A stretch of 64,000 nucleotides of DNA, taken from assembly GCA_002269645.1 (NCBI GenBank), contig NIVC01000199.1, forward strand, positions 620,001-684,000. The letters are read 5' to 3'. Below the pieces are notes generated by a model. That model was not told the origin of the DNA. It ran no database searches and saw only the letters and a program-made list of their open reading frames with translations. The position numbers were made by a program, and so were the translations under genes. The stretch is from Macrostomum lignano. Taxonomy: Eukaryota. Within the stretch, counting starts at the first letter, position 1. Every line of letters begins with the position of its first letter. Below, piece by piece: positions 52,497-64,000 of the stretch.

Positions 52497-53726
52497 ACGT
52501 AACCGATAGGAGCATACGAATCCGATTCCGTTGTCTCTAGAAGAAGATGCCCTTTCTGGAGGACCTCATTATTGTTATAGAGAGTTGATTTGTTACTAGG
52601 GCGCATCTCTGAGGAATACATTGATTACTGCACTGGAGGAATACTTCGACGTCGACTAATAAAGTTGTTACGCTCTCACGTTCGGCAAACAAGAGGAGCC
52701 CGCATTAGTAAGTGATCACTGAATTCTGTTCTCAGGCTTAGGGTCTGGAAGCGGAAGTTTTCGAGTGACTGATCACCACTCGATAAAACTCTTCATTGTT
52801 TATTGTAATGGCAAGTTTGATTCTGATTCAAACGAATCAGATAAGCAAAAAGTTGCGAATTCCAGTATTAAATAAGATCAGTATGCATGATTACACAAAT
52901 ATATTCATTAGAGCATAAGTGATAAGATTATAAAGAAATTCACAGTTGAGCACAGCAAGAGAAGTAAAAATAGCACATATACCGGTAAATTCCAGGTAAA
53001 TATAGTTAATTTTATAGATTACGAGCGTATAGTGTTGAAGAATTCTCAAAACCGTTGGGCAAATGTGACACAGATACTTGAGAAAAGGCCATCTTGAATC
53101 TAATTTTACTATTGGGGAATTTATTGGCAGTTTCTAGCAATCAAGTAGTTGATAAATCCTTTAAAAACCTAACAAACAACAGACGATTGTTGATACTGTT
53201 GCGCACAGGTAAAAAAACAATCAGCATCGAAAAATCTCATTGTAATATTTTTCATTAAACTTCAATTTGATTCAGAACGAAGCAACTAGTTAATTTGAAT
53301 GAATATGTTTTAATGTTTTAATGTTTTAATACACTGCGCTAAAATAAAATGGCCCATCATTTACATAACAACAATAACAACAATAACAGCAATACAGCGA
53401 GTGTAGCATAGTCCACTTTAGCTACCCATCAAATAAGCAAACCTTACTGAAGGCATAATAAGCTAAATCAATTGCACTTTTAAAAAAATCTAATGATTTT
53501 TAGCGATCAAAATCCATCCAAAATGAATAAGTAAATAGTAAATATGATCAATATTGCTGATCCTGCAGAAAAATGATCTAAGGAATTCTTGCTAAGCAGA
53601 TCATAACAAGCTTATTTACTGTCCTCGTCAGAAGTGCCAAGAACGTTTTTAACCTAAAATTTATCGCAAGGCATTTCTACTGTTACAAAACTGTTTCAAA
53701 TTCAGTTGTGCCAAACGCAGCTAATT

Positions 53727-56700
53727 TTAGTCATCTTCGTTGATGAGATTCACTCCATCGGTGCCAGTTTGGTAAATCAGCTGTCGCGACCGCTGGCTCC
53801 TGCTAGCAGCAAACCGAATTATCTTGGCCCGAAAAATATACAATACAACAAGCAGGTTGCACAGCGCCAGAATTACCAACAAGGTGGTCAGTGCAGGTGA
53901 GACGGAGCTGGAGTTTGCTGAAATTGACACAGGATAAAATTTGTGAACAAGACTACGAGTATGCATAAGATATTCTATGGGTTCGAGGTCGGTATGTGAT
54001 TAAATACCGACCGAAAAATCCATAGAATATCTTATTTAAACTACTTTAATTTTGCGGGATGTATTCAGATAAATCCCGGAGCCATACTTGTATGTCTATG
54101 GTTGAAGTTGGGGATGGGGGTGTGGGGGCGAAGCCCCTGCTGGGGGTGTGGGGGCGAAGCCCCCACATTCTTACCATAGACAAAATTTCATTAAGAAATT
54201 TCTCGAGTCACGATGGAAGAGAAGAGAGAAGCTCGCTTATTTAGATACATACAATAATCCTTGCAATATATCCGGGAAAGTGATCGATTAAATCCCGCAA
54301 AATCAAATCTATGTCAATAACCTCCCTGAAAGTGAGCTTTAAAGTGGTTTAAGCGCTCATACACAATCTTGCAGCGTCATCAATCATCTATTTATCATGC
54401 ACAAATTGTGCTCACCTGGAGACTCAACCATCTGCTCACTCTGAGCAGAGCTCTGACCGCAGCTCGAGATGGAGAGCCGAGCCCTGAAGCCGGACCTCAC
54501 TCCGCTGTACGCGAGACTCATTCCGCTGTCCGCCACCTGCTGGCGGGCCTCGACGCGGAATTCGAACTGCGAGTCCGAGCCGCAGACCTCTCGCTGACTG
54601 TGCACGACCGACGCTGCCAGAGAGTCCCAGTGAGACGCAGTCAGCACGAGCTGCTTGAGTCCGCACACCGTACTGAACTTGTCCAGTTTCACTTCCAGCT
54701 TCCAGCAATCTGCCTTCGATAATTTCAAAATTTCACGCACAGAACTGGTGGGTTTAGTGTTATTTACGATTTTAGCAGCAGTGAACGCATCCAGCTGTAT
54801 TTTACAGTCAGTCTGAGTGTTGTCAGGAGCGACTGTGACAGTGGTGAGCAGCTGTGTACCGTCTGCGCTCAGCTGCCACTGCTCAATTGAGTTGTCTATT
54901 CGTGAGCAGACCTCAACTGTTTTATCGTCAGGTAGGGTAATTGCGAATGTATTTATTATGTATGCAATTTCAGAACTTTAATTTAATTTAAAAATAGAAT
55001 GCGTACCTTGATTAGCGGTAAGGAATGCGTCGATAGTTTTTCCCTGTGCGTAACTTCCGAAATCATCATCTCCCGGTTCAGGCATGTGGTCAAAGGTCGT
55101 AAGCAAATTTGACATCGTTGCCATGGTTACGTCAATAATTAGGGACTCGCCTTCGCTAACTCGAATTTTATCCTGCGGATGGAGCCCGCCAGGTAAATTT
55201 TGATTGCACAGACTCAGCTGCATCTGATTGCTTGTGTGTGGGGCGGAGAGGATGAAGCTGAGCTTTGGTTTGTAATGAAGCAAGCCGACTTCCGAGCAGA
55301 ATGTCCCATGGTAGTCGTTGCTGAAAGGCATCTGCAGCCGCACAATGAGGTCGTGTCCAGGTTTCGTAGTCATATTAATCCTACAGAAACGTAGGTGAAG
55401 CCCAGCAAAGCCCAACGGCAGTCTGGTGTACAAGAGCAGGTTAGCTGTCCATGGGTCGCTAGTAGGAGTGTCTCTGCTGCAAAAGTGTTCCACTTCTAAA
55501 AAAGACAGTGGAACTTAGATTGGACAGTGAGCCAAATTGGAATAGGATCGGAAAAATTAATTATGAATAGGAAGTTTTATTTAATAAAGATGACACGCAT
55601 GTGTGAAAAACGTCTAATACTAAATTGCGAATTCTAATAATACTTTTTATTTTAATGAACAACCAAATCGTGTTCTGTCTGTGTCTTCGCTTGTATTTTA
55701 TTCGATACCCACTACTTTTTACTGCATCACATGTTTGGTGAACATTATTTAATTGACGTACGCCGTATACAATAGAAAAACGGCAAATTTTCTTACCCAG
55801 GGCCACGGAAACAAGTTCCAACACGGCAGTAAAACCACCTGTGCCCACAGCTTCCAGTGTGACTGGGACACGTTTTAACAAGCTAATCAAGAATGAACCG
55901 TTGTCGCATTGCATTCTAGTAACTGTCAGGTCATTTTTGACGAAATTTATATGCCCAGAGTTATCGGTGCAATTCACTGACAGTCTAATTCCATGTCCGT
56001 CTTCTTGCTGTAAATATAAGTGTCGTTTGGTTCATATCACTATAAGTACTGCCGCATTTCATACTAGCTTATTACCTCATCAGGATGAAATTTTGTTACT
56101 TACAGTTTGCAATGACTGAGATGAAGTCAACTGAGCACTGCTGATGCAATCAGTTTTAGATGTCAGAGTGAACTGCTTTAACGATACTAAGCGGCTACCG
56201 TTGCGTTCATCAACTATATCATGGTTCTTTGAGATGCTTGGAGGACCAGAACAAACTGAAATGCATAATTGGCCTCCAATAAATTTAATTATCAAGCGCT
56301 ACCTTAAAAAACTTCTAATTCTGTAAAGCTTTGCGTCGCAGAATAGGACTAATTAAAATGAGTCCTTTGCAGCTTTCTAGGCCTAGTATTGGTTTTAAGT
56401 ATCAAAATTATAATTTTAGACTGATGACAAAAGAGTCAGCTAGATTTTTTATAGTTCATAGTGCACAATTATGAAATTATTTAGAAAAAACGTTATGTTA
56501 AAAACATTTTGTACAGCTCAGCTTACGTCTGCTAGATCCGGGCAATGCGACTGGAAAGTGCTGAACATCAATTTCGTAGATGACTTCATGCAGAGGTTGT
56601 CGACTCATATTGAGCTTTATGCTAACAGGTCCTAAACTTAGCACTTCGTTACTCAAGTCCAGAAAATCGGGGTGCAGTATCGAATGCGCGGGTGTAAAAT

Positions 56701-59700
56701 ATCTTTGATCACGTCCACAGCATCTTCTGAGCTCAATGTTGCTGGTTCCTTTACTGTCACTATTTACTGGTGCATCTGAATGAATCGCCTCTGTCCAGTT
56801 GCTAATGGTATTCAGGTAAAAACCTTTAGCGGTAGAGACTTGCATCATGCACGAGCAGTCAGCGCTTCCGGGTAGCGGTGGAAGCAGTGGCGAGGAGAAC
56901 ATTGCAGTGGCACGGCGCCAACGATTTCGTAAACCAAGATGGTAGAGTCGGCTGCAATGTAAGCAAAGTTTGCATGTCTCAAAGTCAACTTTACAATTTA
57001 ATTTAGTTACAATACTATATTACTCTAGTCTCTAGTGCTCAGCACTGTGCTATCGGCAATGCAGCCAGAATCAGAAAAGGACACTAAGCTCTATAAACGG
57101 TAGGTGTACGTACCCACGCGATTCGAGCTGAATCACCTTTACTTTAACTGCATGATTTTCGTCCAGTGGTCGAATAGTCCATTCACAGTTGATCCTCTTG
57201 AGCCGGGTTAAACGATCGGAAATCTTACTTTGATATTTGTTTATTCTCTGTACTGATGAGCAGTTCGTGTGCACTGGCTCTGAAATTAAGTAGATACCAA
57301 GAGGTTGAACAATAATCTATAGAATGGTTAGTCACGAATAAATTGATTGGCGCTTCTATTCCTTGTTGCCTAATTGCTTTTTGGGTTGATTAGACGTGTA
57401 TAAAGGTGATTTCTTAGAGCTACTGCATAAAAAACTCTAGACTTTACCCGGTAGCGTCGTGCAGAATATAGTAATCTTTCTGTTAGGCAAGGAAATTCTG
57501 TTGCGAAGTCGAATAGTTACCGAACCCGGGTATGCAACAAAATCGAAACCGTTAGTGCTATTTTTGCAGAGGCAATGCTTTTCAATGCCACCTCTCAGTC
57601 CACTGCCGGATGCGGACAGTATCCTTGTGGATGATAAACAACACGGTCCTGAAAAAGGAAACATTAGTAACGCTTTTGTAGGAGTGTGGAATTTCAGCCT
57701 TTTGTGTTTGAACTAATTGATAACGTATCTGCATTAGAGATTTTCTTCATGAAAGCCATATTTATAGCTTTTTTCAGAAGCTTTTCGTTTAATTAGGAAG
57801 TTTTTTCAACAATAAAGAATGACAGAAGCAAACGATCGAAAAAAATCCGAAACTATAGCTAGAAAAGTATAGCAAGGGCTAGAACACGGCCGACATGGCT
57901 ATCAAAGGGCCGCGGATCTACATGTAGGATCGGCGATTCGGGTTTTGTACTAGTTAAACTGTTAATGTGTAAGTTATAATGTTTAACTGAGAATATTCAC
58001 GGTTAAACTATTAATAAGATAAGGATCGCGTCCTAGTTACACTGAGTGTTTGAACTAAAATAACTTCCAAAGCTATACTTCTATACGAGCTATTGTTTAT
58101 TCCTACTATTTCTAAGGATATTTTGTAGCCAAAATTATTACGAGTAATTACCTTAAATCGTACTAAACTGCTAAAACGTCGAATACCCCATTTGGATTAC
58201 TTATACTAGCTACTGAAAAAATCTTGGCGCGCTACTAACCGCAGTAGATAATTCGGGTATAACTCTCTTAAACTTCCACGACGCTTAGTAAATTATACAA
58301 TTATAAATTCCTACTTAACGAGAAATGCCTTCTGACATACCTTGATTGGCTGCTAACAGGGTGATTTTAACGAGGAATACTCATCACATTTTCAAAGCGG
58401 GCATTTGAGAGTATTTATCCCCGTGATTTAGTAAGTCTTAGTCGTGACGTAACAGAAGTCAAGATTTCATCTGGGATTTAAGAGCTTTGGGTTGTCAAGC
58501 TATTTTTAGAAGAAACACTCCTAGCTAGTACTAATAAAGGTATTTTAATTATCCTGTCAGCTGTTTGCTTCTGTATGTAATAGATTATTTTTTCCAAGCG
58601 GTACATATGTACGAGTATACAAGCGTATCTATTGTCTTCGTCACGCAATGAAAATGGACTAGTAAAATGCTCCAAAGTGAAACAGCCGATTGAGTGCAAT
58701 AATTGATAGTAATGTTCAAAAGTAGTAAATTTGAAACGTACCGTGTGAACCGCTACTGACAAAGATCTTCGTATCATCAAGCATATCCCTGAAAATTGCA
58801 TTTATTCGCATTATCTTTCCCCCTTGGACTGTCAGCCGCCACATGCAGTTAAGACTTGGTTGGTTTAACTCGAGTGTAAGCGCTTTCAGTTGAAGGGTAT
58901 CTACGAACTCGGGACAGTTGAATGCTGCAAAGACGATTGGTATTAGAAATAGTTGTAGGCGCATTTGCAATTATTTTTGATCGGTATTAACAATACTGGT
59001 TGGTTCCCCAGAGCTTACACTGCATGTCTTCCAGTCCTGGCAGCTGGTAGGCATCATGCAGTGGTACAAAATACCATCTCAAGTGGAAGCCGCGCCTGGA
59101 CACGGAGCGATCTGTGACAAACTTCACAACCACATCGCTCTTGCTAGTAAAGTACGACAGGTGTAAACTCTTGCAAGCTACCTTGGAGGCCCATCTGTCA
59201 GTTATGACATTCTTGTACACAAATGTGACATTGTCAAATCTGCACTCCGAATTTTGAACGCTGCTGGTCTCTAGATCCAGGGACACAATCCTAAAGTGGA
59301 TCAGAGTGAAGTTGTCCGGCACCCGAATAGTCCAGTTGCAATTCATGTTCGGCTGGTAGCTTGAGTTGACAATGGTCAGGTATTCCACATGGGACATTAG
59401 CTGGCCACCGCTAAATGGTCCAGCTGAGTTTAGAGTAAGATTTGACAGCGGCATTGGCACCATGCAGAGTGATTGAGTTGTATTGGCTGGAAAATATACA
59501 TGGGTGTTTAATGAAGCTTGTAAATTGTGACAATTGAAAAAAAATTAACACCAGCGAACCAGTGGTATTTTTCTATCTCTATTTTACAAAGCACTGTTTT
59601 TTACCACTCATCAATCATCGATGACCCCAAATAATTTTGTGTAGTTTTGTGGGCTAATATAATAACGTGTTATCATTCATAATTTTTAGGTACCGGTTGA

Positions 59701-62700
59701 TTAAATACCAGTGCTTCTTAAACTTGAAATTATCAGCACTGGTAACTGATAGGCTACCCGTGGTATTTTACCACTGGTTATTATCCAGTGCTTCGTAATA
59801 TTGGCCCCAGGTAGTAAGAAGACTTAAATTTATGTTGTGTATAAATTCTGCGGAGTCACAGATGTGAGAAATTAGACTAAGCTCAATTGTAGCATTCCGT
59901 ACTTTAGGAAAATTACTGATCTTCGTATATCTGCATTGATTTGTTTATAGATTATTTCTCGTCCGAAGATTATTTTCTTTTGAGTCTTTAAACTACCTCG
60001 CTTTTATGCCTTGTGACGAAAAATAGAAGGTAGCTTTAAATTAAAAGTCCTCCTAGTGTGTACCAATTGTTCGTTCTAGTTACGTATCTTAAAAAAAACT
60101 TTAGAATGATTTCGATTTGTTATACATCGTGTAAAGTAAAGTATTCAGGATTTATTCTTACAAAACATTCCCCAGGACCGTCTGAACAGGTCGGCCTGCG
60201 TCTCGTTTAGGTGCATCCATTCGATGGCGAATCCCCTCGAACTGACTGACGAGTCCGTCCGGAACGTCACTTCGATGCTGGAACTGGCCAGGAATGTCCG
60301 GTCCCGCGTCATGGCGCACAAGGTTCTTCGTACTGGCTGGCCTGTTAAGGCATCCGTGAAGTGCAAGGTCAAGTTGTCATAGTTGCATAACTGCGTTCCG
60401 CCAGTGCCTGCCAAATACTCGAGGTGAACCAGCCTGACCCATAGCATAATGTATTGGCTCTTTCTTGTTAGATTCCATTGGCAGTTTTGATTGTTTTTAT
60501 ATCGATCTGACCCCGCGTATTCCATGGAAAAGCCTTCGTGCGACACCAGCCTTTCACCCGGAGCAGAGACGCCAGCGATGGTTATTGTTCGCATCTCCTC
60601 CGGCTTGGTGCATCGCGAGTAGCCTGCGGATGGTACAGTGGATTATCTTTATTGAAATGTATTTAATCCAATATCTTGAAACTTTGAGTCCTTCAAAATT
60701 GACCTTACTCAATACTCCAGAGTTGGCTTGTTGATTTTTAACTGAATCTTGAACCGTCAATATCTAAGTATTGTAGAATACCTTGGGAGCTCAAATGAAG
60801 GTTTCAAACCCGAAATATCAAAACTCCGAAAGTGCTAGCAATGTCAAACGCTAGATCGTATTTTTATTTTATTGAAATATGATCTTTTGGATCTGTGATA
60901 TTTCAGGTTCATGATGGAAAGCGCTTTTCGGAGTTGCTATTTTTCGGGTTCACCCAGGACTGTAGGGTCACTACACATAAACACACACCCTCAGTTACAC
61001 CAGTTGATTTTGTACCCATTTTACAGCTGGGTGAACTAAAGCAATGCAGAGTATAAGTGTCTTGCTCAGAGACACAAATTGTTCCGAGTGGGTTGAGAAG
61101 CGAACACCGGAGTCGTGAAAGGGTTATTACTAAGCTCAAGACCCTTGTACCGGGTATAGAATACGATATCATGAATCAAGGAAGGTCGAGAATGATCGAG
61201 AATAATGAAGTTCTATGCGCGAACTGCAAATAATTCTTTTGATTCAGCAGGGCCTGGGTGGGAGCCAGACACCGAAATTGTATATTTTGGGCAGGTATGA
61301 TAGCAAGCCAAGCAAGTCTTTTTGTTGAGTTAAATGCATTTAAATGTAAGAAATAACAAAAACATGCTGCTGAGACCCCAAAGCTTTAAGAAAGGTCTTT
61401 ATTGACCACCCTGTATCGAGAGGCTTACTCTATTTGGGATAAATACGAGTAGGTAGCATGGGATTATATATCAACTTAAGATTTTAAATATAATCCGATG
61501 GTTCAGTAAATTTTACGTGTTTCCCTTTATTCTATCTGAGGGGATTGTGACCTTATAGTGTGATCTTAATGTGATCCTAATCTTAATATGTGACATACGG
61601 TCATACTTGTGTGACTAAGCTATGGGAATAGAACTCATAAGAGATGGTTGGAGGCATTACTAACAGCTTGTTTGCCGCAAACTATGGCAATAATCTTTAA
61701 TTAAGAACTCACGAGTTGTGTTTTTTATCTCTAGCGCAAGCGACTCATCGACGTACGCCCATTGCAGGTGGAAACCTCGGTAGTTCACACTCGAATCCGT
61801 CTTGAAGGTGATGTTAATTCCAGACCTGGAAAGTAATACTTTGCTTTCCACTGAGCCGCAAAAATTCTGGCTGCTTGAATAGTTTGTCTTTAAATCTACA
61901 AAGTCGAAAATCAAGGCATCGTAATCGCAGGTTGGCGACGACTCCAGAATCAAATTCGTAATGCGGATCAGAGTGATTAGGCCGTCCCGGCCGGCGATTA
62001 TCCACTGACAGTTCAAATTGTGCTCGTGCTCAGAGGCGCTATTATTGAAATAGTCGGCGTGGGAAGTCAGGTCCCATCCGGAGAGGCCCGAAATTCCAAA
62101 TTGGTTGGCCACACGAGTTGGCCTGGTGCAGTTGTTTGGAGTCACCAAGATCGCAGTTGTTGTTTGAGCAGTCGGCCGAGTCGTAGTTCGGACGCTAGCA
62201 CTCGTTGGTATCTGATGAGCAGATCCTGTCTGCAACATCTGCGTTGATTGTCGAACCGAGTTAGATGGCACATCATTCCTCCCGTCAATGAATTCATGAT
62301 CGGCTGAATTTAAGGAGAAGAAAATTTTATAGTAGCTCGTAAGTCATCAAAGCATCTAAGGTTAAACATTTTGAGGCGCTCACGGGCAAGAGCAATTTAT
62401 AAAGGATTGTGCCAAAGCAAAATAATTAGCTAGTCAAGCGTGAGACAACGTCAAAATAAACAAAATACTCAATATTTAGATGTATTGTTCGTTTCCTTTA
62501 ATTTTAGAAACATAAAAGCAATTGAAAGCAATCAAGTTTATGTTGTTAAGTACTATGCGCAAAGGCTTTGACGCTTTTTCAGAGTCTAAGTTTGTTGGAT
62601 TGCTATGAGTATGAATGCTAAAATCTTTTATAAATCGCTAAAATTGTACAGTTGAAGTCTCAAGTTCGAACCGACTCAACTCACCAGAGACAGCTGGACT

Positions 62701-62775
62701 CAGTAGTAGTACATGCAGCAGCAGTCGCACAACAATATGATATTTCGAATACGGTGCCATGAAAGACAAGGCCAT
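53727..62775 (-). CDS. Type I membrane protein: signal peptide + 3 canonical and ~2 degenerate CUB domains + probable ZP domain + TM (CUZD1-like architecture), ~1349 aa
   Basis: Exons 62685-62775, 61713-62303, 60162-60623, 59019-59486, 58742-58924, 57448-57648, 57118-57279, 56853-56951, 56527-56775, 56104-56255, 55797-56007, 55007-55495, 54416-54916, 53727-53917. Nearly all introns phase 1; 4050 nt total. CUB motifs NLNCQWII...CDYD...FCG...TFKTDSSVNYRGFHLQW occur three times. ZP-like cues: QCDNGSFLISL, MQLSLC...V.EGESLIIDV, WQLSADG..L.TVTV, QLDAFT. TM: LTTLLVILALCNLLVVLYIF. The 56776-56852 intron and the ZP call are less certain. Confidence 0.8.
53965..54352 (+). mobile_element. Right copy of the inverted pair, in the last intron of the CUB-ZP gene
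   Basis: Matches the left copy; lacks a ~17-bp loop segment present there. Confidence 0.85.
60945..61150 (-). mobile_element. Third CORE-type SINE copy, in intron 2 of the CUB-ZP gene
   Basis: Minus strand GTGTCTCTGAGCAAGACACTTATACTCTGCATTGCTTTAGTTCACCCAGCTGTAAAATGGG; the end matches the CORE 'CTGTAAAATGGG' motif. Confidence 0.7.
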
Positions 62776-63499
62776 GGAAGAATGGCGCTTCGATGCCAAC
62801 AGAAGCGAAATTTTTCTGCCAGAGCGGAATCGTTTGCGTAGGCGCATTTCATGCAGCACGAGAATGGGCAGCATGTTTAGCTCGTTCTGTTTACTTTTAA
62901 TCTGATTGCATCGCAGGTATCCAGCATTGTCGTTGCTCTGGCCGTTTGATTATGCAACGTGGCTTTACAAAGTTGCACAAGAAAATTGGCATTGATTAAA
63001 TCTTTGAACCAAAGGCAAAGGGGTTGAATCTCGCGAATCTGTAGGTCAGGTAGAATCAATCTGATAAAACTGACACTTGCATATAATAGCCAGTTTGATG
63101 TCTTGCGGTTGCTGGCGCGCAGCATTTAAGCTAACTGCGGAAATTGGACAAATCCAGTATGTGCATGCCCGGTTATCTTTGCTGCTTTTACATCATTGCA
63201 TTACATTGATAAGAGCTACAGAGCCTGTAAAGACCATTAAGTCAAGTTCTAACTTTGTCGAGATCTTTTTTAGTTTATACTGAAGCAACTGCGGATTAGT
63301 AAATCGTTCTTAAGTCGTGCATGAATCCTAGCACTACTGAGTTTTAAATACAGAGAGTGAAATATTAAGCCAAGAAACTGCACACGTACATAGCTCGTAT
63401 GCATCCTAGAATTCGTCATATGAAATACTTTTCACCATTGTTCGAAAGTTCACTAACTGGAGGTCATTATCTTGGCGTTCGAAAAAATAAATAGGAAAA

Positions 63500-64000
63500 A
63501 CCTGGCACCCGCTCTGTATCTGGCACCCGCTCTGTATCTGGCATTCGCTCTGTATCTGGCACCCGCTCTGTATCTGGCACACCCTCTGTATCTGGCATTC
63601 GCTCTGTATCTGGCACCCGCTCTATATCTGGCACTCGCTCTGTATCTGGCATTCGCTCTGTATCTGGCATTCGCTCTGTATCTGGCACCCGCTCTGTATC
63701 TGGCACTCGCTCTGTATCTGGCACCCGCTCTGTATCTGGCACTCGCTCTGTATCTGGCATTCGCTCTGTATCTGGCACCCGCTCTGTATCTGGCACTCGC
63801 TCTGTATCTGGCACCCCCTCTGTATCTGGCACCCCCTCTGTATCTGGCACCCGCTCTGTATCTGGCACTCGCTCTGTATCTGGCACTCGCTCTGTATCTA
63901 GCACCCGCTCTGTATCTGGCACTCGCTCTGTATCTAGCACCCCCTCTGTATCTGGCACCCCCTCTGTATCTGGCACCCCCTCTGTATCTGGCACTCGCTC
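63500..64000. repeat. Minisatellite, 18-bp unit (cgctctgtatctggcacc), running off the window edge
   Basis: Direct reading; >=27 copies. Confidence 0.95.

Noticed and set aside
63467-63994. (PDTERV)n 175-aa ORF
   Set aside because: An 18-bp unit is automatically open. No splice or homology support, and it is truncated by the window edge. It cannot be fully excluded as a coding repeat.

Overview
Eukaryotic (metazoan) genomic DNA, not prokaryotic. It has GT-AG introns, intron-filling minisatellites, SINEs and DNA transposon relics. GC-rich Ala/Gly/Gln-rich exons plus minisatellite-filled introns suggest a free-living flatworm such as Macrostomum (inference only). Gene models were built by hand and checked for splice-phase consistency. 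(1) 3' end of a membrane-protein gene on + (<1-1748). On the minus strand: (2) complete Atg8/GABARAPL2 (4880-10175); (3) a 117-aa orphan (10839-11385); (4) an OCRL/INPP5B-like gene that keeps the phosphatase-ASH-RhoGAP layout but has apparently lost every 5-phosphatase catalytic motif (12780-18236), the top finding; (5) a frameshifted duplicate of the last two exons of gene 7 (19293-19948); (6) complete asteroid/ASTE1 with a different tandem repeat in each of its 7 introns (21276-29865); (7) a ~1349-aa multi-CUB + probable ZP + TM protein (53727-62775) whose TM exon is bracketed by a TTAA-ended inverted repeat pair. A CpG-depleted transposon block (~29.9-47.9 kb) holds a mariner relic, a CACTA/EnSpm transposase relic with a BEN-domain partner gene, and one of two copies of an unassigned element carrying a MEF2/AP-1-type promoter module. 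No CRISPR, rRNA or bona fide tRNA gene was seen. All family assignments come from remembered motifs; no database search was run.
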